Shown here one piece after another: positions 27,464 to 36,636 of a stretch of DNA of 38,036 bases; positions within the stretch are counted from its first letter, which is position 1; each line of letters starts with the position of its first letter. The stretch is from Chthoniobacteraceae bacterium (GTDB taxonomy: Bacteria > Verrucomicrobiota > Verrucomicrobiia > Chthoniobacterales > Chthoniobacteraceae). The notes below the pieces were generated by a model. The model was not told where the DNA came from. It worked only from the letters and a program-made list of their open reading frames with translations, and did not search any database. The stretch lies in assembly GCA_037190965.1 (NCBI GenBank), contig JBBCKI010000009.1:1-38036 (forward strand), read 5' to 3'. The translations under genes were made by a program, and so were the position numbers.

Positions 27464-28420
27464 CTACTGTTGAGGCTCCGATGCCGGTGCCGACGCTGTA
27501 GTCGGTGCTTGCGCTGTAGCCGGTGCCGGCTCCGGGGTAAGAGTCTTTTCCAGGCTCGCGATCCGGGTGGGTGTATCCGGGTGATCGGGGAAATTCTTGA
27601 TGATCGAGAACATCTCGTTGATGGCGCGGTTGCGCTGTCCTATGGCCAGCAGATCTTCGGCACGTTGCCAGAGAAGGGTCGGTTTCTGGACAAGATTGAA
27701 CTGCTCGATATTGAAAGCGACTTTTCCTTCAGAAACTCTCTTGCTCTCCCTCGTGATCCTGCCATCCCAATATTGGATGATCCGGGCATCTTTATTCTTC
27801 CGCATCTGGGGTAGGATGGTTTTTTGGTAAATCCCATCGACGTTGCCGGGGGAGGGCTCCCAGTTTTTGAGGTCGGCAAGCAGCTTGCCCGCGCCATACC
27901 AGCGAATGAAGATACTGTCCGTCACTTTCCCCTTCAGGAGTTCCTGCTTGTCGAATAATTCCCGCCGGTTGGCATCCTCGCGAACCTCGATGATCTGGTT
28001 GGTATATTGAAACAGGGCGGGAAGAAGATCTGACACAGGGACGCCTTTTGCATGATCCAGCGTCAGGGTCGCATAAACCAGATGAAGCCGCGCCGCCGTC
28101 TGCATCTCGTTGCTCCGGAGTTTCTCGGCCTCTTTCTTCTTCCATTCCTGGAACTGCGTCTGCTGAAGCGTCTGCCCCGCAAACTGGGTAGCGCGAATTG
28201 CCTCCTCGTAAAAAGCGATGGCTTTGGAATTGCTCGATGCCGCCGCGCGAAAATCCTGGATTACCTTGTTAAGCTGCGACTTGGTGGCCTCGGTATTCCT
28301 TTCCTGGATCTGTTTGAGCGCGCGCAGAAGTGTCTGCGCATCAACCGCCGGAGCGTCCTGAGCGAGCGCGGGGGCATAAAGGGCAACCAGAAGGGCGAGG
28401 GGAAGGTAGCGTCGGAGCAT
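27464..28420 (-). CDS. Secreted alpha-helical hypothetical protein
   Basis: Signal peptide MLRRYLPLALLVALYAPALA; TPR-like C-terminus (AINEMFSIIKNFPDHP); Ala/Pro tail. Confidence 0.82.
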   Translation of the reverse strand: MLRRYLPLALLVALYAPALAQDAPAVDAQTLLRALKQIQERNTEATKSQLNKVIQDFRAAASSNSKAIAFYEEAIRATQFAGQTLQQTQFQEWKKKEAEKLRSNEMQTAARLHLVYATLTLDHAKGVPVSDLLPALFQYTNQIIEVREDANRRELFDKQELLKGKVTDSIFIRWYGAGKLLADLKNWEPSPGNVDGIYQKTILPQMRKNKDARIIQYWDGRITRESKRVSEGKVAFNIEQFNLVQKPTLLWQRAEDLLAIGQRNRAINEMFSIIKNFPDHPDTPTRIASLEKTLTPEPAPATAQAPTTASAPASEPQQ

Positions 28421-28779
28421 AAAGGTGAGGGGAGGGGGAAGAAGCGAGGTTTCTATGACTCACATCGCTATCATAGCCACGCCCCTCTTTACAACCGTTT
28501 TGGGTCTGTTGCCACGGCGGAATTCTTCGGAAAGGCTCTTCGGGTTTGATGTAAGCGCTTTTCCGTAAGTGTGGGAACCTGGGAAAGCCGGTGATGGAGA
28601 GGGGGTTTAATGGCGTTTTACAAAAAATATCGAGGGTGTGTATGCCTGAGTTCGTATTTTCCCGTAAAATCCCTTGCTGTGATAATAAAAAAAACGTAGA
28701 ACTTCGCCCGATTCTCGGGGGGCTCCGGGAACATCGGTGGGTTTATCCATAAATTTCTTAAAAAACTAAAAAACATTAT

Positions 28780-29493
28780 ATGACCTTGTTCTTTGAAAGA
28801 TCATTTTCTCAGTTATTGAAAACTGCCTCCATTTTGGTCGCGTCAACGGCTCTCTTCGTGGGCCAGTCCAACGCGGCTTCGTACAGCGTTGAGCATACTA
28901 AGGGCAGTGAACTGACGGAGTGGGATACCGACAACACCCCTTTCACTCTCGCGAAGTTCGATACGAGCCTCGGAACGCTTCAGAGTGTTCAGATCACGAT
29001 TTCTTCGAGTGCGTTGACCTCGATCTTCGTGACCAACAGCGCGGTTTCGAGTTCGAGCGGCAACGTACGCACGAGTCTCACCTTGAGTCTGACCTCATCG
29101 AACGTGACGCTGAGCGGCGGGATCGGCAATAACGTAACGCTCGAGTTCCTTGTTCCTGGCGACAGGCAGTATTATTCATTGGGCGCCGGTCAGTCCACGG
29201 AATTCCTGAACCTCTCCAACAGTGGGACGGTCTCGTTCTTGTACAACAGCGGATTGGCTTTGACCGAGTTCTCCGGGCCTGGAGATATTCTGTTTGATCT
29301 CACAACATTGACGGAAACCAGCCAGTCGAACACGGGTGGAAACACCGGGTCCAGCCAGCAGACCACTGCGAATGGCACCGTAAAAGTGACTTACACCTAC
29401 GAAGCCGTTCCCGAACCCGGCACCTGGGCAGCCCTCGCAATGGGCGCTGGCTTGCTGGTCGCTTCCTCGCGCTTCCGCCGCCGGTCGGCCTAA
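28780..29493 (+). CDS. PEP-CTERM sorting-domain protein (choice-of-anchor E-like)
   Basis: Signal peptide; KFDTSLGTLQSVQIT; Ser/Thr-rich; C-terminal VTYTYEAVPEPGTWAALAMGAGLLVASSRFRRR. Confidence 0.93.
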   Translation: MTLFFERSFSQLLKTASILVASTALFVGQSNAASYSVEHTKGSELTEWDTDNTPFTLAKFDTSLGTLQSVQITISSSALTSIFVTNSAVSSSSGNVRTSLTLSLTSSNVTLSGGIGNNVTLEFLVPGDRQYYSLGAGQSTEFLNLSNSGTVSFLYNSGLALTEFSGPGDILFDLTTLTETSQSNTGGNTGSSQQTTANGTVKVTYTYEAVPEPGTWAALAMGAGLLVASSRFRRRSA

Positions 29494-29539
29494 GCCTTGT
29501 GATTCAGCTTTGATCCTCGAAGCAATTCGATGAGATCGC

Positions 29540-29582
29540 GACCGCCTTTCCCGCTTCGGCAGGAAAGGCGGTCTTCGTTTTT
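29540..29582 (+). terminator. Intrinsic terminator with UUCG loop
   Basis: GACCGCCTTTCC-cGC-TTCG-GCa-GGAAAGGCGGTC then TTCGTTTTT. Confidence 0.8.
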
Positions 29583-29610
29583 AGGGAGAGGACTAACCCA
29601 GAAAACCGCC

Positions 29611-30141
29611 CTATCCCTGCTGCAAATATCGCCTGGAAAGCAATACGTACTTGTCAGCCCAGTACCGCAGCCCTGCCTGTTCTTCGAGGTCGAGCGTTCT
29701 GACGACCTTGCCGGGTGCGCCGAGAACGAGCGAGCCGGGTGGGATCTTCTTCCCTTTTGTCACCACGGCTCCCGCGCCGATGATCGAGCGTGCACCAATT
29801 TCAGCGCCATCGAGGATGATCGCACCCATGCCGACGAGGACTTCATCCTCAATGGTGCAGGCGTGCAGAATCGCCTTGTGGCCGACGGTCACCCTTTCGC
29901 CCACAATCGTCGGAATATCGTCTTCCAGGTGGATTACGCATCCGTCCTGAATGTTGGAGCGCGGGCCGATATGAATGCGGTTGATGTCGCCGCGTAAGAC
30001 CGTCTGATACCAGACGCTCGACTCTTCCTCCAGGGTAACATGTCCGATCAGGTTGGCTGAAGGAGCGACAAACGCCGTGGGGTGGAGTGTCGGGGTTTGT
30101 GAGAAGAAACGCGTCATTCTTTCGTCGAAAGTCATCGCCAT
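29611..30141 (-). CDS. Gamma carbonic anhydrase family (YrdA-like hexapeptide repeat protein)
   Basis: LRGDINRIHIG..SNIQDG..IH, VTVGHKAILHAC, LVGMGAIILDGA. Confidence 0.93.
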   Translation of the reverse strand: MAMTFDERMTRFFSQTPTLHPTAFVAPSANLIGHVTLEEESSVWYQTVLRGDINRIHIGPRSNIQDGCVIHLEDDIPTIVGERVTVGHKAILHACTIEDEVLVGMGAIILDGAEIGARSIIGAGAVVTKGKKIPPGSLVLGAPGKVVRTLDLEEQAGLRYWADKYVLLSRRYLQQG

Positions 30142-30332
30142 GCCCCCATCGTCTCAACAGCTTTCGCGGTTGGCAATCCTTTCCAAGGCTCATAAACAAA
30201 GCGTCTAAAGGCATCGATAGTGAAAAAAGTCTTTGACAGCATAAAAAGGGGCTGCCACAACACACGGCGAGGCTGGTTTCGCCAGCCCCCAAGTTCAACA
30301 ACAACCAGGAAAACAAGGAAAACTCTAATTCC

Positions 30333-30605
30333 ATGAACAAGGCAGAACTCGTCGAGGCAGTCCAGAAATCGCTCGGTGGCGTCAGCAAGGCCGAAGCAGA
30401 ACGCGCTGTTGCCGCAGTGATCGATGGCATCAAGGGCGGTCTTAAGAAAACCAAGTCCGTTCAGTTGATCGGCTTTGGAACCTTCAAGGTTGCCGAGCGC
30501 GCCGCTCGTCAGGGGATCAACCCCAAGACCGGTGAGAAGATCAAGATCAAGAAGTCCAAGACTGTAAAGTTCGCGGCGGGCAAAGATTTGAAGAGCAAGA
30601 TCTAA
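30333..30605 (+). CDS. hup: DNA-binding protein HU
   Basis: MNKAELVEAV...VQLIGFGTFKV.ERAARQGINPKTGEKIKI...VKFAAGKDLK; TTGACA at 30233. Confidence 0.96.
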   Translation: MNKAELVEAVQKSLGGVSKAEAERAVAAVIDGIKGGLKKTKSVQLIGFGTFKVAERAARQGINPKTGEKIKIKKSKTVKFAAGKDLKSKI

Positions 30606-30634
30606 GCTCTACCAAGTTTCCTCCCCGATAAAGC

Positions 30635-30680
30635 GAGGCACCCCGTTTGGCCTATGGGCAAAACGGGGTGTCTCATTTTT
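30635..30680 (+). terminator. Intrinsic terminator of hup
   Basis: GAGGCACCCCGTTT...AAACGGGGTGTCTC-ATTTTT. Confidence 0.8.
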
Positions 30681-30892
30681 AGACCGGAAACCGGAGAGAG
30701 AAGATTGGCGCCGCTCCGTTTCTTTTTTGTTCGTTGGATTGAGAAGAAGAAATAGAGGGCCTGTGGTCATAGGCGGCGTCGCGAAGCTCCGCGACACCGC
30801 AATCCTTCCAGCCGAAGGCTCGCTTTTTCTGAATTCGTCAACACAGCCTGGCCTCTTTCTTTCCGGTTTCCGGTCTCCGCTCTCCGGTTTCC
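30681..30892. repeat. Segment bounded by inverted heptamer repeats, containing a collapsed family-B REP (B4, 30773-30800)
   Basis: AGACCGGAAACCGGA (30681-30695) and its perfect inverse TCCGGTTTCCGGTCT (30862-30876); heptamer run TTCCGGT TTCCGGT CTCCGCT CTCCGGT; hairpin GCGGCGTCGCG-AAGCTC-CGCGACACCGC. Confidence 0.7.
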
Positions 30893-30940
30893 ATACATTT
30901 CTCTTTTCGCGGAGAGCTTTGCCACTTAGATTCCCGCGCG

Positions 30941-32119
30941 ATGCGCGCAATTTTGGCATTAGAAGACGGCCGGGTTTTTGAAGGTGAATCGTTTGGGGCA
31001 ACCGGAACGACGACCGGAGAAATTGTTTTCAACACTTCGATGACGGGGTACCAGGAAGTGATCACCGATCCCTCTTATCAGGGGCAGATGGTGGCGATGA
31101 CCTGCCCATTAATCGGTAACTATGGTGTCAATCCACTCGATCAGGAGAGCGCCCAACCGCACGTTCGCGCTTTTATCATCGAGGAGCTCAGCCCAGTAAC
31201 AAGCAACTGGCGCTCCAAGATGAGCCTGCCGGACTACCTCAAGCAGTGGAAGATCCCCGGGATTCAGGGGATCGACACGCGGGCGCTCACGCGTCACCTG
31301 CGCGAGAAAGGGGCCATGAAGGCATGTTTGACGAGTGACCCCGCCATTTCCCAGCAGGAGGCAATCAAGCTGGCCGCTGTCGGCGGCGGCGTCGCGGGCG
31401 TGGACTTCGTGAAGGAAGTGACCACCAGGCAAGTTTACGAATGGGATCCGGAAGACCGGCTCTCCCGCAAGTGGACCATCGTGAAGGGTGACGGGCAGGG
31501 GATGACCCGCGACGTCAACGGCGAGGTTTACGAAGAGTTGCCGCCCATTCGGCACCGGGTGGTAGCTTTCGATTACGGCGTGAAATTCAACATCCTCCGG
31601 CAACTTCGGCAGGAAGGTTTCAAGGTGATCGTCGTGCCTGCCACGACCACGGCGCAGGAGGTGCTCGCGCTCAACCCCGATGGGGTGTTCCTTTCCAACG
31701 GCCCCGGGGATCCGGGCGCGCTTGATTACATCCACAAGGAAGTTAAGGCCTTGATCGGCAAGAAGCCGATTTTCGGTATCTGCCTGGGGCATCAGATCCT
31801 CAGCTACGCCTACGGCGGGAAGACCTTCAAGCTGAAGTTCGGGCATCACGGCGGCAATCAGCCGGTCAAGGATCTCAATACGGGGCGGGTCACTATCACC
31901 TCGCAGAATCATGGGTTCGCGGTCGATCCCGCGACGCTGCCGCCTTCGGTGGAAGTTACCCACGTCAATCTCAACGACCAGACGGTCGAAGGGATGCGGC
32001 ATCGTGAGCACCCTGTTTTCAGCGTGCAATACCATCCCGAGGCCGCTCCCGGGCCGCACGACGCCAATTACTTTTTCGCCGAATTCAGCAAACTCATTGA
32101 TGAGACCAAAAAAGGCTGA
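30941..32119 (+). CDS. carA: Carbamoyl-phosphate synthase small subunit
   Basis: [57 protein letters not shown]. Confidence 0.97.
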   Translation: MRAILALEDGRVFEGESFGATGTTTGEIVFNTSMTGYQEVITDPSYQGQMVAMTCPLIGNYGVNPLDQESAQPHVRAFIIEELSPVTSNWRSKMSLPDYLKQWKIPGIQGIDTRALTRHLREKGAMKACLTSDPAISQQEAIKLAAVGGGVAGVDFVKEVTTRQVYEWDPEDRLSRKWTIVKGDGQGMTRDVNGEVYEELPPIRHRVVAFDYGVKFNILRQLRQEGFKVIVVPATTTAQEVLALNPDGVFLSNGPGDPGALDYIHKEVKALIGKKPIFGICLGHQILSYAYGGKTFKLKFGHHGGNQPVKDLNTGRVTITSQNHGFAVDPATLPPSVEVTHVNLNDQTVEGMRHREHPVFSVQYHPEAAPGPHDANYFFAEFSKLIDETKKG

Positions 32120-32134
32120 TAGGTAGAGAGTGTC

Positions 32135-32650
32135 ATGCCCAAGCTTGTCATTTCCCTCCCAGACGCCGGCGAAGTCATTCACGAGCTTACAGAAGCCAAG
32201 GTGACGGTCGGCCGTGTTGACGACAACACGATCCAGATCGACGACGCGAGTGTTTCCAGCCACCATGCCGAATTGGTGGCCTCCGGAAACGATTATCTGC
32301 TCACGGATTTGGGCTCCACCAACGGCACCCGCCACAATGGCGATGAGGTCGATTCGAAGAGCCGGAAGCTGCGCGCGGGCGACCGCGTCCGCTTCGGCAA
32401 GGTGGAGGCGATTTACGAAACGCTGGAGAAGTCGGAACCCCGGCCGCTGCCCAGCGAACAGGCGGCTCCCGCGGCTCCCGCCGCAAACAGCCAGCGCCCC
32501 GGCGATTTCGGCAATTCCTCTCCCTTCCAGCGCAAGCGGACGAAGAAGAACCCGATTAACCCGATCTCCATCGCTGCCGCCGTGGTGGCGCTGCTGGTTT
32601 TCGCGGCATCGGCTTACTTCGTCAGCGCGATCCCGACGCCGCAATTTTAG
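32135..32650 (+). CDS. FHA domain protein with C-terminal transmembrane anchor
   Basis: VTVGR..DN.I.IDD.SVSSHHA...DLGSTNGT...GDRVRFG; C-terminal hydrophobic helix. Confidence 0.92.
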   Translation: MPKLVISLPDAGEVIHELTEAKVTVGRVDDNTIQIDDASVSSHHAELVASGNDYLLTDLGSTNGTRHNGDEVDSKSRKLRAGDRVRFGKVEAIYETLEKSEPRPLPSEQAAPAAPAANSQRPGDFGNSSPFQRKRTKKNPINPISIAAAVVALLVFAASAYFVSAIPTPQF

Positions 32651-32665
32651 CGGTTTGGCGGTTTT

Positions 32666-32835
32666 GGTGCGGTAGCACCGGTAGCCCGCTCTCGCCGTCG
32701 AGCGCGGGTATCGACTCCGTGCTTCATGAGAGCCGCATCCTGGTCCCAGTAAAACCCGTTCAGCCCGTCCTGCTGGGATGAGCGTCAAATGCGATTCTTC
32801 ATCAATCCCGCGCTCGACGGCGAGAGCGGGCTACC
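32666..32835. repeat. REPIN/MITE-like element family A, copy A2 (inverted relative to A1)
   Basis: GGTAGCCCGCTCTCGCCGTCGAGCGCGGG ... CCCGCGCTCGACGGCGAGAGCGGGCTACC perfect 29-bp IR; internal CCGTCCTGCTGGGATG and TCTTCATCAAT shared with A1. Confidence 0.88.
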
Positions 32836-32875
32836 TTGCCGCTCTGAGAATCGGTGAGCCTTTTTGCGAAATAAA

Positions 32876-33394
32876 ATGCCCGACGCCTTACCCTCTCCGA
32901 GCTTGCGCTGTCTCAGTCGGGTGATGAGCCCCTTGGTCGCCGATCCCGCCGACGAATTATGGCGGGAGGTGGGCTCTTTTGAGTTGGGACCGGAGGGGTG
33001 GGTGAAGGCAATTTGGAGCGAGGAGGCGTTACAGTTTCTTTTTTTCATTCCTCGTGAGCAGGAATCCTCGGGAGAGGAGGCGGTTTCTGTATTTCTCGAT
33101 CCCGTGGGCGATCGGGAAGCCTATTTCGAGATCGGCGTCACTTCGCAGAATGTTCCGTTTTTTAACGCGGCCCGGCGAAGCCGTAGCGGCACAAAGGTCG
33201 ATTCTTCCTGGCGCTGCGAACGGTTTTCAAGTGTGGTGGAACCGATGCGGGGCGGTTGGAGCGCAACGCTTTTGGTTCCTTTTTCCAGCCTCGGCAGCAT
33301 TCCGCCCGGGCCCGGTTGGAAGGTTGCTTTGGAATTTGGGCAGACCGGTTTTCGTCCCCCGAGGCGCTGGATTTCGCTCGATTTCGTGGAATAA
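32876..33394 (+). CDS. Diverged CBM9/DOMON-like sugar-binding domain protein
   Basis: VKAIWSEEAL.F.F, EAVSVFLDP.G...YFEI.V, W.C, WSA.L.VPFSSLG pattern; start uncertain (32864 or 32876). Confidence 0.55.
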   Translation: MPDALPSPSLRCLSRVMSPLVADPADELWREVGSFELGPEGWVKAIWSEEALQFLFFIPREQESSGEEAVSVFLDPVGDREAYFEIGVTSQNVPFFNAARRSRSGTKVDSSWRCERFSSVVEPMRGGWSATLLVPFSSLGSIPPGPGWKVALEFGQTGFRPPRRWISLDFVE

Positions 33395-33602
33395 AGGGTA
33401 TTTTCCCGCAAGTTCGGAATTTTGACCGGTTGACAGGTCGCCGAAGTTTTGGTTCATTTCTGCTGTAGCTCGCGTCTTCGTTGGTCTATCGCTTGGCCAA
33501 CCTTCCTTCGCAACCAGCGCAATTGGCAGTCGGCGCGTTCCCTTTTTGATTCAGGATTTGTCGGTATTTAGTCGGTAAATGTCCGCTACGGCGGAACCCT
33601 AT

Positions 33603-34397
33603 ATGGCGGGTCACAGTAAGTGGTCTAAAGTTAAAAGAAGCAAAGGTGCTCTTGATGTAAAGCGCGGGACTCTCTTCTCGAAGCTTTCAAAGGAAATCAC
33701 CGTTGCCGCAAAGATGGGGGGCGGAGATCCCGCCCTGAACCCCCGTCTGCGCAGTGCCGTGCAGGCCGCCCGGGCACAGAACATGCCCAACGATAATATC
33801 GATCGCGCCATCAAGAAAGGAACCGGAGAACTGGAGAGCCAGGCTTTCGAGGAGTTGTGCTACGAAGGTTACGCGCCGGGCGGAGTCGCTTTATTGATCG
33901 AGGCCGTCACCGATAACCGGAACCGGACTGCCGCCGATTTGCGCCTGATTTTCACCAAGTATCATGGGAACCTCGCCACCAGCGGCTCCGTGTCGTATCT
34001 TTTTCATAAGAAGGGGCAATTGACCCTTCCTGTCGCGGCGTTGGGCGCAATTCCCGCAGCGGCCAGAGAAGATCGGATGCTCGAACTGATGTTGGAAGCC
34101 GAAGCGCAAGAATTTGTGCTGGAGAGCGGCCAGGGAGATGATCGTAGCGATCATTATGTGGTGACCACAGCCCCCGACCGGCTTTATGCGACGGGCGAGA
34201 TTCTGAAGAATTCCGGCGTCGCCGCCGAAAACCTGAAATTGACTTACTTTCCCGAGATCACTGTGACGGTGGAAGACGAGGCCACGGCCTCACAGATCCT
34301 CCGATTGTGTGAGGCGCTTGATGATTGTGACGATGTCCAGAATGTTCATGCCAACTTTGATATTTCCGAGGAGTTGCTCGCAAAGCTCTCCGCTTAA
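33603..34397 (+). CDS. yebC: YebC/PmpR family protein
   Basis: MAGHSKW, NPRLR, NMPNDNIDRAIKK, YEGYAPGG, TDNRNRT, DDVQNVHANF; TTGACA at 33431. Confidence 0.96.
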   Translation: MAGHSKWSKVKRSKGALDVKRGTLFSKLSKEITVAAKMGGGDPALNPRLRSAVQAARAQNMPNDNIDRAIKKGTGELESQAFEELCYEGYAPGGVALLIEAVTDNRNRTAADLRLIFTKYHGNLATSGSVSYLFHKKGQLTLPVAALGAIPAAAREDRMLELMLEAEAQEFVLESGQGDDRSDHYVVTTAPDRLYATGEILKNSGVAAENLKLTYFPEITVTVEDEATASQILRLCEALDDCDDVQNVHANFDISEELLAKLSA

Positions 34398-34415
34398 AAC
34401 AGGGCTCCCTGCCCA

Positions 34416-34450
34416 AACCGGCTTTAACCGGCTTTAACCGGCTTAACGGC
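34416..34450 (+). repeat. Short tandem repeat (AACCGGCTTT) about 3.5 times in the rho leader
   Basis: AACCGGCTTT AACCGGCTTT AACCGGCTT AACGGC. Confidence 0.8.
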
Positions 34451-34586
34451 CAAAGATGATCTCATTACGGGGCGTGGCTTTCTCCCCAACCGGTCAGTCT
34501 CCAGAAAAGACTGAAACTCCGCCAAAGAGCCACCACCCACCGCTGACACCGCCTTAACAAAGGCTCAAATTTTTCAAACCGCAGTT

Positions 34587-36623
34587 ATGATAGAACCGAC
34601 CGAAAACCCGTCGCTCTTTAAGGAAGACGAAATCCCCAAGAAACTTCCAAAGCAGCCTGTGCGCCGGAAAACCATCAAAGCCTCCAAAGAGCCGGTCGAT
34701 CAAGAAGTTGACGCCCCTTCGAAGGCGAAGCCAGCCGCCCGCGCTCCTCGCGCCAAGGCGGCCAAAGCCGTTGAACCTGAAGCGAAACCGATCAAGGCTC
34801 CGAGAGCGGTCAAAGCCGCAAAGGCCCCCGTTGCCGCTGCGGTGCCTACGCCTACAACCCCGACAACTGCAACCCGGAAGCGGGTTGCCAAGAAGACGGA
34901 AGAGGAAGTCGCTCCTGTTATTCCCACCCCGCCAGTGCGTGCCGAGGTTCCTGCCCCGGCACCCGCTGAAGCGCCCGTCAAGAAACCCCGGGGGAGAGCC
35001 CCTAAGGCGTCGACTCAAGCACCGACTCCGCAAGCGCCGGGTCCTGTGGCACCCGCCGAGGAATGGAAGCCCGGGGCCGCTGCCCGCCCGGTGATCGAAG
35101 CCGAGCCCGCCAAGCCCGCTCCTGTTGTTCCGGTGAAGCCGCCTCAACCTGAAGCGGCCAAGTCTGCTGAGTCCGCCCAGGTTCAGCCGCAGCCTTCCGT
35201 TCCGGCCCCGCAGCCTGCGCGACCTTTCGCTTATGAACACCGCGAGGGCGGTGGTGGGCGTGAACTCCGTGAGGGACGCGAACCCCGCGAGGGCGGGCGC
35301 GAACACCGCGAACATCGTGAGCAACGTGGTCACCGCCATGGCCGTGACCGGGATTTCCGGGGTCGCCGCGACTTCCGCGAAAACCGGGAGCAGCGTGAGC
35401 AGCGCGAAAATCGGGAACCGCGCGAAAGCGGGGAAAGCCGCGAACAGCGCATTGCCGCAGCCCGTCAGGAATTCGCGACGCAGGCTCCCCAGGAGCCGAT
35501 CCAGGAAGTGCCAAGACCCGAACCGGTTTTTGCCGAGGGGATCGTGGAAGTCTCCGGCAAAGGCTTCGGCTTTTTGCGCGACGCAAAACGGAACTTCAGT
35601 CAGCACCCCAACGACATCTTTGTCACTCCCGAAGTGTGCCGCCGCTTTACCTTGCGCGACGGCATGTGGATTCGCGGCGAAATCCGCCGTGGCAATCGCG
35701 GTTCGCAGATGCACCGGCTTACTTCCATCGAGGGGGAAGACCCGGAGAAGTTCCGCGTCATTCCGCTTTTCGAGGAGTTGACGACCATCAATCCGAACCG
35801 GTTCGTGAAGTTGGAGACAGTCCCTGAGCGTTATACGACGCGCGTGATCGACATGATGGCTCCCATCGGCCGTGGCCAGCGCGGGTTGATTGTCGCCCCG
35901 CCGCGCACCGGCAAAACGACGCTGCTCCAGCATATCGCGGAGGCGGTGATCACCAATCACCCGGATATGAAGCTCATCATCCTGCTGGTGGACGAACGGC
36001 CCGAGGAGGTCACGGAGATCCGCCGCACGGTGCCGAGCGCCGAGATCATGGCGAGTTCCAACGATATGGATCTCAAGAGCCATACCCGCATTGCGCAGCT
36101 CGCCATCGAGCGTGCCAAGCGACTCGTGGAGATGGGCAAGAACGTCTTCGTGCTGCTGGATTCGATTACCCGTGTCGGTCGCGCGTTCAACAACGCGATG
36201 AGCGGCGGCGGTCGCACGATGTCGGGCGGTGTGGACGCCCGCGCGCTGGAGATCCCCCGGAAGCTCTTCGCGGCAGCCCGCAACACCGAAGAAGCAGGGT
36301 CCCTGACAATCATCGCCACCGCGCTCATTGAGACCGGCAGCCGCATGGATGACCTGATTTTCCAGGAGTTCAAAGGCACGGGGAACATGGAACTGGTGCT
36401 CGACCGGAAGGTCAGCGATCTCCGCATTTACCCGGCGGTCGATATCTTCCAGTCCGGCACGCGGCGCGAGGAACTGCTCCTGCCGGAGGCCGATCTGCAT
36501 AAGATCAACATCATCCGGCGTGGTCTGGCTGGGCATAAGCCTGCGGAGGCGATTGAGCGGCTCCTTTCGTTCCTGAAGCGCTTCCCTACGAACGCCCAGA
36601 TGTTGCGCGAGATCCCCGGCTGA
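34587..36623 (+). CDS. rho: Transcription termination factor Rho with a ~310-aa low-complexity N-terminal extension
   Basis: EGIVEV..KGFGFLR, DIFV, PIGRGQRGLIVAPPRTGKT, LLVDERPEEVT, LLDSITR, GRTMSGG, EFKGTGNMEL, SGTRREELL. Confidence 0.96.
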   Translation: MIEPTENPSLFKEDEIPKKLPKQPVRRKTIKASKEPVDQEVDAPSKAKPAARAPRAKAAKAVEPEAKPIKAPRAVKAAKAPVAAAVPTPTTPTTATRKRVAKKTEEEVAPVIPTPPVRAEVPAPAPAEAPVKKPRGRAPKASTQAPTPQAPGPVAPAEEWKPGAAARPVIEAEPAKPAPVVPVKPPQPEAAKSAESAQVQPQPSVPAPQPARPFAYEHREGGGGRELREGREPREGGREHREHREQRGHRHGRDRDFRGRRDFRENREQREQRENREPRESGESREQRIAAARQEFATQAPQEPIQEVPRPEPVFAEGIVEVSGKGFGFLRDAKRNFSQHPNDIFVTPEVCRRFTLRDGMWIRGEIRRGNRGSQMHRLTSIEGEDPEKFRVIPLFEELTTINPNRFVKLETVPERYTTRVIDMMAPIGRGQRGLIVAPPRTGKTTLLQHIAEAVITNHPDMKLIILLVDERPEEVTEIRRTVPSAEIMASSNDMDLKSHTRIAQLAIERAKRLVEMGKNVFVLLDSITRVGRAFNNAMSGGGRTMSGGVDARALEIPRKLFAAARNTEEAGSLTIIATALIETGSRMDDLIFQEFKGTGNMELVLDRKVSDLRIYPAVDIFQSGTRREELLLPEADLHKINIIRRGLAGHKPAEAIERLLSFLKRFPTNAQMLREIPG

Positions 36624-36636
36624 TTCGGGGCCGGCC

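Noticed and set aside
28550..28779. Riboswitch or sigma54 promoter upstream of the PEP-CTERM gene
   Set aside because: AT-rich, but I could not match a riboswitch consensus or a GG-N10-GC promoter convincingly.
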